DNA from: Candidatus Krumholzibacteriota bacterium
GTDB lineage: Bacteria; Krumholzibacteriota; Krumholzibacteriia; JAJRXK01
NCBI GenBank assembly: GCA_963727455.1
Contig: CAVSGG010000010.1
Span: forward strand, 1-64,000
Direction of reading: 5' to 3'
Length of the DNA stretch: 64,000 nt
The position numbers and the translations under genes were made by a program. Positions 30,002-41,400 of the stretch are shown one piece after another. The stretch's first letter is position 1; each line of letters begins with the position of its first letter. The notes beneath the pieces were generated by a model. It was not told the origin of the DNA. It did not search any database and saw only the letters and a list, made by a program, of their open reading frames with translations.

Positions 30002-31263
30002 TGATCTCGATCCCGCACTTCCTGGCGTTGATCGCCGCCTGTGCCCTTCTCACTCATCTTTTGATGCCCTTGGTTCGACGTCTGGGAATGAGCCTGGGGC
30101 TGGTCGACCATCCGTCCTGGCGGCGCTCCCAGCGAGAAGCGGTGCCCTGTAGCGGCGGACTGGCAATCTACGCGTCAGTCGTGCTCACTGCTCTGGCGCT
30201 CGCGCTCCTGGTCGACCTGCCGTTCTCGGGCCATTCCTTCGCCGCTTTGGGCCTGGCGGGCCTGGGGACCCTGGTCTTGGGGGTTCTGGACGACCGCGTG
30301 GGCCTGCACGCCGAAAAGAAGCTCTTGGGACAGGTCGCGGTCGTGATGCTCCCCATGGCTTCCGGCTTGACCCTGCACCAGATCAGCCTTCCCGGTCTGG
30401 GAACTGTGGAATTGGGTCTTCTGGGGGGACCGATCACCCTCTTTTGGTATCTCGGCTTCATCAACAGCATGAATCTCATCGATGGACTGGACGGGCTCGC
30501 GAGCGGAATCGGAGTCATCGTGCTCGCCGGGATGGGTATGGCGCTGTACCCCGGGGATCCGGTGGGGATGCTCTTCGTGGGTGCGCTTTTGGGAGGAGTG
30601 CTGGGTTTCTTGCGCTCCAACCTCTCACGCTCGCGCATTTTTCTCGGTGACGCGGGTTCGATGCTCTTAGGGCTCTGGCTGGCCGGCCTTGCCATCGGGC
30701 TGAGCAAGTCCACCCCGACTCTTCCTCTGACCGCGGTGATCGCGATGGCAGTGCCCATCCTCGACACCACCACCACGATCTTTCGTCGGCGCCGGCGCGG
30801 AGTGAGTATCTTCCGGGCCGATGACGAACACCTTCACCACCGTCTCTTGCGCTTGGGAATGAGCCCGCGCCGCGCTACCACTGCGCTGTGGTTCGCATCG
30901 GTGGCCTTCGCCTCCTTGGCCCTCGTGGTGGACGGAAGCGCAAATGGGTCGATCCTGGCTCTGGCAGCACTGGCGGCGACGGCGGTTCAGGTCGCGTATA
31001 CTCTACCGCGCACAGGGCGGCCCACCGCCAAAGAGGCGATCGGGTATCTGCTGGGCGCGCGGGAGTATCTGGTTTCGGAGGTCAGCCGCAGGCAGTTGGC
31101 CGAGATCATCGAGATGCCCCGGTACTCGCAACAGGCCTGGCCGCGTCCCACAGAGGCGAAGAGTGAAAAGCTCGCCACCGCCGAGCTCTTGGCGGCGGAA
31201 GCGAAAGAGGGGGGAGGGTCACGCGACGATGTCGTTCTGGCCCTTGGCGAGGAGAATCACTGA
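30001..31263 (+). CDS. wecA: Undecaprenyl-phosphate GlcNAc-1-phosphate transferase (WecA/TagO, MraY family)
   Basis: GVLDD, NSMNLIDGLDGLA, IFLGDAGS, ADDEHLHHRL. Confidence 0.88.
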   Translation: MISIPHFLALIAACALLTHLLMPLVRRLGMSLGLVDHPSWRRSQREAVPCSGGLAIYASVVLTALALALLVDLPFSGHSFAALGLAGLGTLVLGVLDDRVGLHAEKKLLGQVAVVMLPMASGLTLHQISLPGLGTVELGLLGGPITLFWYLGFINSMNLIDGLDGLASGIGVIVLAGMGMALYPGDPVGMLFVGALLGGVLGFLRSNLSRSRIFLGDAGSMLLGLWLAGLAIGLSKSTPTLPLTAVIAMAVPILDTTTTIFRRRRRGVSIFRADDEHLHHRLLRLGMSPRRATTALWFASVAFASLALVVDGSANGSILALAALAATAVQVAYTLPRTGRPTAKEAIGYLLGAREYLVSEVSRRQLAEIIEMPRYSQQAWPRPTEAKSEKLATAELLAAEAKEGGGSRDDVVLALGEENH

Positions 31264-31894
31264 GGAATTGCAGGTCGCGCAAGCGCGCGGGCCCCTGCTC
31301 GAGATCGGCGCGGGAGATGGAAGCTTCAGTACGCGCTTATCTTCGCTTGGCTTGTCCCTTCATCTTCTGGATCGCGCCTATCCACCCGCTCCTCTGGGCT
31401 TTTCCGCCCTGGCCGCGGACGCCACCGCGCTTCCCTTCCAAGACAAGTCTCTGCAGGCGGTGGTGATGGCCAACCTGCTGCGCCAGCTGCGGGTGCGCGA
31501 GGCCAAGGAGGCCCTGCGGGAGCTCGGTCGCTGCCTTGCCGATGGGGGATGGGTCCTCGTCCTGGAGGACCACCCCAAAGGCCGTACCAAAGCGGAGAAG
31601 AACTATCGCTGGGCCTTGACTCTCCTTGCCGAAGCCCAGGCGGACCGCGCCGCGGCCACGGTCACTCCCGAGCAGATTCGTTCGCTCTTTATGGCGGGTT
31701 TCGGCCTTCCGCGATTCGAGGCAATCAAGGAGAATGAGGAGGAAGTGCGCGCGCCGCGCGCGCCACTGGAGTGGCTCTTTCGCTCGGGACATTCCCCGCG
31801 CGAGGTGGAAGCTCTGGCGCGCTCGGTTCAGGAGCACGGAATGCGTTACGGCCGCTACTTCTGCCAGATCTATCGCCTAGCAAGTTTGGGATGA
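31229..31894 (+). CDS. Class I SAM-dependent methyltransferase
   Basis: LLEIGAGDG, ADATALPFQDKS; start set at MSFWPL. Confidence 0.75.
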   Translation: MSFWPLARRITEELQVAQARGPLLEIGAGDGSFSTRLSSLGLSLHLLDRAYPPAPLGFSALAADATALPFQDKSLQAVVMANLLRQLRVREAKEALRELGRCLADGGWVLVLEDHPKGRTKAEKNYRWALTLLAEAQADRAAATVTPEQIRSLFMAGFGLPRFEAIKENEEEVRAPRAPLEWLFRSGHSPREVEALARSVQEHGMRYGRYFCQIYRLASLG

Positions 31895-31895
31895 G

Positions 31896-33185
31896 ATGAA
31901 GCGAAGCGTTTTTCTCTTGCTCGTCGTCTACTTGGCATTCGCCACCGCGCATTTCTTGGCCCCTGCCCCCTCGGCGATCGATTTCGGACGCTGGAGGATC
32001 CTGGCCATCGAGAGCGATGACTGGGGGATGGAAGCCTGGGTGCCCGACCTAAAGGCCGCGCGCGCGCTGGCGGACCAGGGCTCTGAGCTCGGGCCGAAGC
32101 TGAGACTCTACGCATCGTCCTCTCTGGAAACGGCGGCGGACGTCGACTCCTTGGCCGCCCTCCTCGCGCAGTTTCACGACAGCGACGGTCTGCCGCCGGT
32201 CCTGCAAGCGAACACCATCATGGCCGCCATCGATTTGGATTCCTGTGGCACCGGCGACTTTCAGCTCGCGGGAAACTCCGTGCTCTTGCGCGCTCCGGGA
32301 AGTTGCGGTGCGTATCAGCGCGTGGGTTTGAACGAAGCGGTGGATGCGGCGCGAGCCGAAGGTGTGTGGAGGGCAGAACTGCACGGGCTCACGCACTTCG
32401 ATTTGGGTGCCTACGAACAGGCGGTGGCGGAAGCATCCAGCTTGACCCTGCGCGCGCGCGCCGTCGGCGCCGTGGCCTTTCCACACTGGCTGAGTTTGAC
32501 CGAGTTGGGCAGCGGCGATCTGAACGAAGCCCGTTCCTTCGCCTCGCTCTCCTGCCGTCGCTTCCAGGAGCGCTTCGGCCGGGCGCCCGTGAGCGTGATC
32601 GCTCCCGATTACACTTGGGGCGAGGCGGACGAGACGGCGTGGAAAGAGCAGGGATTGAAAATAGTGCAGGCCAAACGGGAACAGATCGATCCGGCCCTTG
32701 GGCCAGCGGACGGCAACAAACTTCTGTGGCGAATTCGCAAAGTTCTCGAGCGCTTTGAGGATCGGCGCAGAGGCCGTTTTGTGTATCTCGAGCGAAATGT
32801 CCGCCTCGAACCCTACGGGGACCTTGATCCGAACTGCCTGGCCGGCTACCGGCAAGCCCTAAAGCAAGTTGCACAGGCGTGGAGGAGGGGGCAACCCGCC
32901 ATCGTGGAAGCGCATCGGCTCCAGTTCTCCCATCTTCATCCGGAGGTCTCGCGCGCGGGGCGGCTGCAATTGCGGCGCTTTCTCAGCGCTCTTGAATCCC
33001 GGGGCCAAGTCCGCTATTGTGTCGATGTCGAGGTCGCGCAATTGAGACGCCGGGGTTGGTCCATTGTGCGGCGCGGACCCTGGACCATCGTTCGCAACTA
33101 TACGGAACGACCACTCCTTCTCGACCTTCCCCTCACCCGGAGCCAGCCGCTAGCTCCGGGGACCCACATCTTCACCGGCGGCTGA
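31896..33185 (+). CDS. Exported polysaccharide deacetylase-like protein
   Basis: Signal peptide; 'AIESDDWG' and 'ELHGLTH' resemble CE4/NodB DD and HxxxH motifs. Confidence 0.55.
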   Translation: MKRSVFLLLVVYLAFATAHFLAPAPSAIDFGRWRILAIESDDWGMEAWVPDLKAARALADQGSELGPKLRLYASSSLETAADVDSLAALLAQFHDSDGLPPVLQANTIMAAIDLDSCGTGDFQLAGNSVLLRAPGSCGAYQRVGLNEAVDAARAEGVWRAELHGLTHFDLGAYEQAVAEASSLTLRARAVGAVAFPHWLSLTELGSGDLNEARSFASLSCRRFQERFGRAPVSVIAPDYTWGEADETAWKEQGLKIVQAKREQIDPALGPADGNKLLWRIRKVLERFEDRRRGRFVYLERNVRLEPYGDLDPNCLAGYRQALKQVAQAWRRGQPAIVEAHRLQFSHLHPEVSRAGRLQLRRFLSALESRGQVRYCVDVEVAQLRRRGWSIVRRGPWTIVRNYTERPLLLDLPLTRSQPLAPGTHIFTGG

Positions 33186-33520
33186 GCGAGGGCATCCGAG
33201 CGATCCACAGCTATTGCTAATCGTTGTTTCATAACAGCTTAGCATCGTAGCCTCTTGACCCGCGGCGCGGGCTTGGGGTAGAATCTGACCACGATCTCGT
33301 TGGGTTCGCAACTCGTGAAGAAGACTCTGGCTCCTCCTCGTTTTCTCCCCTTCAGTCGGATCTCCGACTCGAGTTCGCATGTGTTGTGGACTCAGCGGGA
33401 GAATCTGGTTTCTTCGCGCAATACGGGCCCTTCGAGCCGGGCTCATTCGTTCTGTTCCATGCGACTCTTGCCTCTTCGCTTTCGCCATGCCGCGAAGAGC
33501 TGCATCTCAGGAGGAAGAAC

Positions 33521-36500
33521 ATGAACCCAGTCCACCGGGTTTCATTCCGTCTTTCCGCATTGCTTTTCGTCCTAGCTTGCATCGGCGCATTCAACGAAGC
33601 GTCGGCTGCGGCAATCGATCTGCCCGTCGGATTCGATGCGGCGAAATTGCAACTCGTCGAGTCTCCCGACGGCTTGATCTACTCGTTAGCGGGGATGGAA
33701 AACCTCAAGGCGACCGGAGCCCCCGCTCTGCCCTACGCGAGCTGGAAGGTAGTGCTTCCCCAGGGCAAGACCCTCGTGGAAGTCGAGGTCCAGGACGCGC
33801 GCTGGAAACGCTTGAACCCTGGCGGGCAACTGGCGCGCGCGCGGAAGCTCATGAGCGATCAAGGAAATGCGGTGAGCGTGAGCATGGGGGGGCTGCGCGA
33901 GGATTTCCAAGACGGAGGCACTTTCCCCGCGGCTGCGGCACGGGGTCAGGGTTTTTCCGTCATGGAAGGCTATCGTCTGGCCAAGGTGGACGTGTTTCCG
34001 CTGCGCGTGCTCTCGGATGGAACGGTGGAAATCCTGACGCGCGGACAGCTTCATTTGGTGCTGGCCGATCAGGCCATGGATGACGTGGCCCAACGCCAGA
34101 TAGCGTGGCCCGGCGTGGCCGAGCGCGCGGCGCAACGAGTGCGCAGGCTCGTGGTCAATCCGGAGCAAGTCGATTACTGCGCGCCCCCGGCGGGAATTGC
34201 TCCCGAGCTCTTGAAGTCCTCTTCCAACAAGGCGCCCTCGCCACTCGATGAGGATGAAGTCTTCGCAGGTGGACGCGTGGACTACGTCATCATCACCATT
34301 CCCTCTCTGGTCTCTCAGTTCCAGAGATTGGCGGACGATCACATCGCTCACGGACTTCGCAGCAAGGTCGTCACCACGGATTGGATTCTCGCGAACTACC
34401 GGCATGGAGTGGATCTGCAGGAAACGATTCGTTTTTTCCTCAAAGAGGCGTACGCGAAGTGGGGCCTGCACTACGTACTCTTGGGCGGTGACGCGGGAAT
34501 TCTGCCGCCGCGCTACGTGCGTAGCACTTTCTATCCTCCCGGAGGACACACCGACATTCCCGCCGATCTCTACTTCGGCGCACTCGACGGTAACTGGAAC
34601 GGCAACGGCAACGGCATTTTCGGCGAGGCCTTTCAGTCCTTCGCCGATCCCGGAGACAATCAAGACATGGTCGCCGAAGTGGTGGTGGGACGCGCACCGG
34701 TGAACGACCTGGGCGAAGCCACCACTTTCGTGGACAAGTGCCTCGAGTACGAGACTCCGACCAATGGTTCCTATCTGGGTAAGGCGTTGTTTCTGAGCGA
34801 GGTGCTCTTTCCCTCGGACTGGGATGGCTCTTCTCCCATCAACCTCGATGGAGCGTCCTACAGCGAAGACATCATTTTCAATTCGCTGATCACTCCGGGA
34901 AACCTCATCGACAGCGAGCGCCTGTACGAAAATTACACCGCCTATCCCTATACCCTTCAAGAGACCCAACAGGCCTCGCTCGATTCCATGACGACCGGCC
35001 ACTTCGGGCTGGTGAATCACGTGGGCCACGGGTTCTACTACAACATGAGCGTGGGGAATGCGAACATCTTCGTCAGCGACGCGCTGGCCCTCACGAACGC
35101 ACCCAATTATTTCGTGATGAACGCTCTGAATTGTTCCTCCGGGGCCTTCGATTTCGACTGTCTCCTGGAGACCTACATTCAGGATCCCGATGGGGGCAGC
35201 GTGGCGAGCTTGGGTGCATCACGCGAGGCATTTCCCACCACCGCGAACGCCTACCAGCAGGAGTTCTTCCACCAGATCTTCGTGTTGGGGAACACGAGCT
35301 TGGGTGACGCGATGGATGCGGCCCGGAACGCCAACATACCGGGGCAGTTCAACTCGGAGAGTTTCGAACGCTGGACGCACTTCTGCTACACCTTGCTCGG
35401 CGATCCCGCTCTGCGGATGTGGCGTAAGGCTCCGGTCACTCCCGTGGTGAGCAAGCCCAGTTCGGTTCCTCTTGGCACCCAGCAGATCACGGTGGGCGTG
35501 ACCTCCTCGGGTCTTGCCGTGCCGGCGGCGCGCGTGACCATGCACAAACCGGGTGAAGCCTGGGCGACCGGGGTGACCGATACGCTCACCGGCCAGGTCA
35601 CCCTCGATTTGCAGCCCCTGAGCCAGGGTACGATCGACGTGGTGGTGGATGGAGCGAGCCTCCAGCCTCAGATCCAGACGATCACGGTGGGACCGGCGGC
35701 TCAGGCCAACATCGTGGGCAGTCCGCTGAGTGTGGATGATGGGGTCGCAGGAAACGACTTGGCCGATTCGGGCGAGTCGGTGGATTGGTACTTCCACTTC
35801 GAGAACAACGGGGACGGCAGTTTGGCCAGCGGAGTGAGCGCCGTGTTGCGACCGGTGGACGCGAGCGGCGCCACGGTGACGGACTCGACGATCACGGTGG
35901 GAGACCTTGCCGGGAGCGCGAGTGCCGATCCCAACGATCCGGTCAGCATCGATCTGAGTCCCTCCATCGCGGATGGCACCACCCTCAGTTTCGATCTGGT
36001 AAGTAGTTCCGGAGGGGACACCTGGACGCAGCGAGTCTATCTGAGCGTGATTGCTCCGGAGCCGCAAGTCGTGCGGGTTTTCACCGACGACTCCGTGACT
36101 GGAAACGGTGACGGGATCCAGCAACCCGGTGAGATCCTGGAGATGCATGTCGAGGTGAAGAACTACGGCGCCGGTGCGCTCGTGGGGGCCACTGGCATGC
36201 TGAGTTCCTCCTCTCCCAACGTCTCGATCACGCAGGCGAATGCCAGTTGGGCCGATCTGGGAGTGAAGGCCAGTGGTTACGGCAGTGGCTACTTTCAGGT
36301 GGCCGAGAGCGACACGAGCCTAGAGAACTGGATGTATCTACTCTTAACGGATGCCAAGGGGCATTCCTGGGAACGGTGGCTGGAATTGCGCGAGCCGGAT
36401 CCGCCCACCGGCGTGGTGCCGTTCACCAATCTGGGTCCCACGACCATTGCCTTGCAGTGGGAGCCTTCCACTTCGCCGCACCTCATGGGCTATCGCGTCT

Positions 36501-38341
36501 ACCGCTCGAATTTCCAAGGCGGACCCTTCTCGGAAATCACGCAGGACGTAGTTCTGCGCTCCGGGTTCTTCCGCGACGACGATCTCGCGACGCTCACCCG
36601 CTACTACTACGAAGTTGCTTCGGTTGACTCCTCGGGTGTCGAGGGAGATGTGACATCGGTAGTCTCCGCGAGCACGGCACCGCCGGAGATCGGCAATGCC
36701 TTCCCTCTGCCCACGAACGGAACCGTGGAAGGTGCGTTGGCGGTGGGCGATCTGAAAGCGGATGGCAACCTGTACGCGGTTCTCGGCAGCAATTTCGTCT
36801 ACGCGATCGACTCGAACGCCAATGAGCTTCTGGATGGCGACGGCAACGCGCAGACTCTGGGGCCGGTAAACGGAATCAGTGGAGATTACACCTTCGCGGC
36901 AATCACCCTGGCCGACCTCGATGGCAATCCTGGGCCGGAGATCTTGGCGGGGGACTGGATCGGGCACGATATCTACGTGCTGGATAAGAACGGGAACTCT
37001 CTGCCCGGTTGGCCGCAAGACATGGGCGCACAGAACTGGGCTTCGTTCTCCGTCGGCGACCTGGACGGAGACGGAACTCCGGAAATCGTGACCAACAGCG
37101 TCGGGGGCAAGACCTTCGCCTGGCACGCCGACGGCACCGAAGTCCTGGATGGGGACGCCAACGCTTCCACGAACGGCGTCTTCCAGGTACGCAGCGGCGA
37201 GATCTACAATCGTTCCACCATCAGCCTCTACGACCTCGACAAGGACGGGGGTCGGGAGATGATCTACGGAACCAACTGGCGCAACGGGACCGACAACATG
37301 GTCTACGCGCTGAAGTACGATGGAACCGAGGCTCCAGGCTGGCCCAAGAACTTGGGTCCCAATGGCTACAACTCCTCTACCGTTACCATCGCCGATCTCG
37401 ATCGCGACGGAACGGTGGAGCTCATCTTCCCCTGCGACAACGACACGCTGTACATCTGGGAGCCCGATGGCAGCAACTACATGAGCTTCCCTCACTATCT
37501 GGGCTGCAACAGCGGCGATCTGGACGGGAAGACCCCATCCGTCGCGGTCGGCAATCTCGATGGAGATCCGCAGCTCGAGATGGTGGCGGTACAGGTGTAT
37601 TCGCGTACCAACGTGAATATCTTCGTGTACGAACACGATGGGAGCGTCAAGAGTGGATGGCCCCAGAGTGTCGACGCCTGGTCGCGTTCCTCGCCCATCA
37701 TCGGTGATCTGGATGGCGACGGGACTCCCGACATCGTCTTTGCCTCGGGGGGAGAGGACATTCCGGACAATCTCTACGCCTTCAAGGCGGACGGGAGCAC
37801 GATGGCCGGCTTCCCCATTTCCCTCTCGGGAAGTCCCTGGGGCACTCCGCTCATTTGTGATTTCGATGGCGACGGCGATGCCGATCTTCTGCTCGCGGGG
37901 TATGACAACCTGCTCCACGCGTGGGATCTTCCCGGCGCCTACGATCGGAATCTGGTACCCTGGCCCACCTTCCAGGGCAACTACCGGCGCACGGGAGTTT
38001 ACGAGGATTCTCCCGCGACCGCGGTCGAGCCGCAGGTAGCAAACGTCCCCGCCTCACGACTCGCACTCCATCAGAACGTGCCGAACCCCTTCAATCCCTC
38101 CACCGTCATTCAGTTCGACGTGCCGTCGGCTCTGAACAACGCCTTGGCGCGAGTGACCATCTACGACATCGCAGGTCGCAAGGTGAAAAGCCTTCTCTCG
38201 CAGCCGCTGGCGGCGGGTCACCACGAAGTGCGTTGGGATGGAAGGGATGCGAGCGGGAAGAGTGTGGCTTCTGGAGTCTATTTCACCCGCTTGGAAGTGG
38301 GCTCGGAGGTCCGCGGTTTGAAAATGACCTTGGCAAAATAG
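33521..38341 (+). CDS. Gingipain-like C25 cysteine peptidase with Ig/FN3 domains, FG-GAP propeller and FlgD-Ig/T9SS-type CTD
   Basis: SD AGGAGG; signal peptide; YVIIT, YVLLGGD, DLYF, VGRAP, HVGHG (His), NCSSG (Cys), LLGDP; DxDxDG repeats; QNVPNPFNPST...SGVYF. Confidence 0.9.
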   Translation: MNPVHRVSFRLSALLFVLACIGAFNEASAAAIDLPVGFDAAKLQLVESPDGLIYSLAGMENLKATGAPALPYASWKVVLPQGKTLVEVEVQDARWKRLNPGGQLARARKLMSDQGNAVSVSMGGLREDFQDGGTFPAAAARGQGFSVMEGYRLAKVDVFPLRVLSDGTVEILTRGQLHLVLADQAMDDVAQRQIAWPGVAERAAQRVRRLVVNPEQVDYCAPPAGIAPELLKSSSNKAPSPLDEDEVFAGGRVDYVIITIPSLVSQFQRLADDHIAHGLRSKVVTTDWILANYRHGVDLQETIRFFLKEAYAKWGLHYVLLGGDAGILPPRYVRSTFYPPGGHTDIPADLYFGALDGNWNGNGNGIFGEAFQSFADPGDNQDMVAEVVVGRAPVNDLGEATTFVDKCLEYETPTNGSYLGKALFLSEVLFPSDWDGSSPINLDGASYSEDIIFNSLITPGNLIDSERLYENYTAYPYTLQETQQASLDSMTTGHFGLVNHVGHGFYYNMSVGNANIFVSDALALTNAPNYFVMNALNCSSGAFDFDCLLETYIQDPDGGSVASLGASREAFPTTANAYQQEFFHQIFVLGNTSLGDAMDAARNANIPGQFNSESFERWTHFCYTLLGDPALRMWRKAPVTPVVSKPSSVPLGTQQITVGVTSSGLAVPAARVTMHKPGEAWATGVTDTLTGQVTLDLQPLSQGTIDVVVDGASLQPQIQTITVGPAAQANIVGSPLSVDDGVAGNDLADSGESVDWYFHFENNGDGSLASGVSAVLRPVDASGATVTDSTITVGDLAGSASADPNDPVSIDLSPSIADGTTLSFDLVSSSGGDTWTQRVYLSVIAPEPQVVRVFTDDSVTGNGDGIQQPGEILEMHVEVKNYGAGALVGATGMLSSSSPNVSITQANASWADLGVKASGYGSGYFQVAESDTSLENWMYLLLTDAKGHSWERWLELREPDPPTGVVPFTNLGPTTIALQWEPSTSPHLMGYRVYRSNFQGGPFSEITQDVVLRSGFFRDDDLATLTRYYYEVASVDSSGVEGDVTSVVSASTAPPEIGNAFPLPTNGTVEGALAVGDLKADGNLYAVLGSNFVYAIDSNANELLDGDGNAQTLGPVNGISGDYTFAAITLADLDGNPGPEILAGDWIGHDIYVLDKNGNSLPGWPQDMGAQNWASFSVGDLDGDGTPEIVTNSVGGKTFAWHADGTEVLDGDANASTNGVFQVRSGEIYNRSTISLYDLDKDGGREMIYGTNWRNGTDNMVYALKYDGTEAPGWPKNLGPNGYNSSTVTIADLDRDGTVELIFPCDNDTLYIWEPDGSNYMSFPHYLGCNSGDLDGKTPSVAVGNLDGDPQLEMVAVQVYSRTNVNIFVYEHDGSVKSGWPQSVDAWSRSSPIIGDLDGDGTPDIVFASGGEDIPDNLYAFKADGSTMAGFPISLSGSPWGTPLICDFDGDGDADLLLAGYDNLLHAWDLPGAYDRNLVPWPTFQGNYRRTGVYEDSPATAVEPQVANVPASRLALHQNVPNPFNPSTVIQFDVPSALNNALARVTIYDIAGRKVKSLLSQPLAAGHHEVRWDGRDASGKSVASGVYFTRLEVGSEVRGLKMTLAK
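36740..37930 (+). repeat. FG-GAP/VCBS Ca-binding repeats (protease 1)
   Basis: DLDGNPGPEI, DLDGDGTPEI, DLDKDGGREM, DLDRDGTVEL, NLDGDPQLEM, DLDGDGTPDI, DFDGDGDADL with intervening GWP motifs; boundaries approximate. Confidence 0.8.
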
Positions 38342-38423
38342 CCAAGTTGGTCGAATCGTGGGGGGATGCGGGGGCCCGTCCCGCGCGCAGCGGGACAGGC
38401 CCCACCCACGTTCGAGGTCCTGC

Positions 38424-41400
38424 ATGCGCTCGTTCTTGCTATCCTTGCTTCTTCTGACCCTGGTCGGGGTGGAAGCCGCTCCTGCCCAAGAGACGCTCAG
38501 CCTGCCTCTGAAACCCCTGTTGCGCGATGTCCGGCTGCAGGGACTACCGGCTCTTGAATCCATTCTGCTTCACGGTGCGCGCCCCGCGCGCCAGGAGGAC
38601 GGGGGAGGGCTCCCGAGTCTCAGCTACTGTCTGATCATTCCCGCCTCGAGCCGGGTGCGCTCCGTCTCGCTCGAGGGAGGAAGCGAGCGCTTCGTTGCCT
38701 CTGCAGAGGCGCTTCGCTCCAGCAGCATCCTTTCTACCCCACTGACGAGCAGGGAAGGCAATGTCCCCGCGGTGGAGTATGTCGGGGACGCATGGTGGCA
38801 TGGACGCCATTTGATCTATCTGCGCGTGAGACCTCTGCGAGTGGAGCAGGAGAGCGGGGATCTCTACCTGCGCGAGGGAGGAAAGATCCTCGTCGAGTTG
38901 CAGGGTGCCGAGCCGAAGGAAGAGGTCGTCGGGCGCGTTCTTCCCAACGAGGGCGTTCAGCGGAGAGATCGCGCAGAGCTGTTGCGAACGATCGCCAATC
39001 CGCAGGATTTGGATCGTTTCACGACGCTGCGGCCGCTCACAAAGGCCTCGTCCGCGAAGACGGCTGCGCTTCCGGCGAGCGATAAGATCCCCAGCCTCCT
39101 CACCGGACCTTACCGTTATCTGGTGATCACACGCGATAGCCTCGTGCCGCAATTCGAGCGTCTCGCGGAACTCCGAGAGCGACAGGGACTCCCCTCGACC
39201 GTGGTGAGCGTGGAAGAGATCGAAGCCAACGGACGGCGGGGGCTGGATCTGGCCGAGACCATCCGACTCTATTTGCAGGATGCCTACGAGAAGTGGGGGG
39301 TCGACTACGTTTTGCTCGGTGGCGATACCGAGATCATTCCCACCCGCTACGTGACCTCGACCTACTACCCATCCGGGGGCGAAACCCAAATCCCTGCCGA
39401 TTTCTACTTTGCTGGTCTCGACGGGTCCTGGAACGCAGACGGGGATGCGACCTTCGGCGAACCCTACGTGACCGGTGCGAATCCGGGGGACTATTGTGAC
39501 TTCGTGCCGGAGCTTGCGATCGGAAGGGCGCCGGTCAGCACGTTCGAGGAAGCTACGGTCTTCGTCGACAAAGTGCTGGACTACGAGAGCGGAGCGGACG
39601 GTGAACGCTTCGCCCACGCACTCTTCGGTAGTGAAGTGCTCTTTCCACCGGCTTGGCAGCCTGGCGATCCCATCACACGCGATGGGGCATCCTTCAGCGA
39701 AACCCTGGTTGCCAGCATCGAGCTGGCGCGTCCCGGCGAGTGGACCCTCACTCGCCGCTACCAGAACTACACGAGTTATCCCGGAGCGCTGGAGGAAACC
39801 TACGCCGCGATCCTGTCCGATCTAAACTCGGGAAACTATGGGCTGTTTCATCACATCGGCCACGGCTTTTACTACAACATGAGCGTGGGAGACAAGAACA
39901 TCCTGGTGAGCGACGCCGATGCGCTGACCAACGGATCCTCCACCTTCGTGCTCATGGCTCTCAATTGCGACTCGGCCGCATTCGACTTCAACTGTCTCTT
40001 GGAACGCTTCCTGCGCAATCCCAACGGAGGTTCGGTGGCCTCCATCGGTTCCTCTCGCGCCGCCTTCGACAACACGACCGGTAGTTACCAGCAAGCGTTG
40101 TACAAGGCGCTTTTCGCGGCGCGCCGGCAGCGCCTGGGCGATGCAATTCTCGAAAGTCGTTTGGGTTTTGCGGTGGACACCTTCTACAACACGGTCGACC
40201 GTTGGACCCAGCTCGTGTACACCCTGCTCGGCGATCCGGCCATGCGCATGTGGACGGCCGTTCCCAAGCCCATCACGGTGAGTGCGCCCGCCATGGTGAC
40301 GGTCGGTAGTGGTCCTTTGGCGGTCACGGTGGACGAGACTCAGGGCGGCGGCGTGGATTCCGTCGCGGTGGTCCTGCGCAAACCGGGCGAGGATCTCATA
40401 GCGGGTTGGACCGACGCGAACGGAGAAGTGAGTCTTCCTTTCGCGCCCAAGGAAGCGGGGAGCTGGACCTTGTGGGTGAGTGGGCGCGATGTCATGCCGG
40501 ACAGCATGACGGTGCAGGTCACGGCAGCCACGCAAGCGGCGCTGGCCCTGTCGGGATTCACCCTTGACGATTCCCAGGGCAACGGCAACGGGATCGCCGA
40601 GGCCGGCGAGCTCGTCAGCATTCTGCCCGCTCTGATCAACGGAGGACAATCGGTCTCCAGCGCAGGGACCCTCACTCTGAGCACAGAAGACGAAGGCGTC
40701 ACTCTCCTGCAGGACGTGGCGGGCTTTTCTCCGCTGGCCGCCGAGAGCCCCGGGGCGGCAAACGGACCGTTTTCGCTTCAACTCGCCGCGGATCTCGCGG
40801 ACGCCAGCCGCTTGCACTTCCTGCTCTCGATCGACGAGGACGGCGGGGGCCACTTCGAGGATTCCTTCGATCTGACCGTCTCGGGAGGGAATCTCCAGAT
40901 CATCTCGCTCGATTTGGATGACGCGAGTGGCAACCAGGATGGAATCCTCGATCCCGGCGAGCAGGTCTTTTTGAATTTCACCCTGAAGAACTTCGGAAGC
41001 GCGAGAGTCGACTCGGTGAATGGCGTACTGCGCTCGCTGGATCCGCTGGCGACGGTCATCGATTCCACCGCGCACTGGGGCCTCTTGGACGGAGCTCTCA
41101 GCACGCAGGACAACGGACAGGATCTTCTCGCGGTGCAAGAGAGCGATACCGCGAATCCACACCTCTATCGCCTGCTCCTGACCGACAGCGCGGGAGCTAC
41201 GCACTCCTTCGACTTCGATTTGCGCCGCCCCGCGGCGCTCACGGGTCTCGAGCCCGGTCTCGCCCAGGCTGGCTCGGTGCTCTTGCGTTGGGATCCTTCG
41301 AGCGCGGCGGATCTCTTGGGCTATCAGGTGGAGCGACGCGTGAAGGGGCAGAGTACCTGGATTTTCGCCAATGCCGATCTCTTGCAAGCCGGCTCGGTGT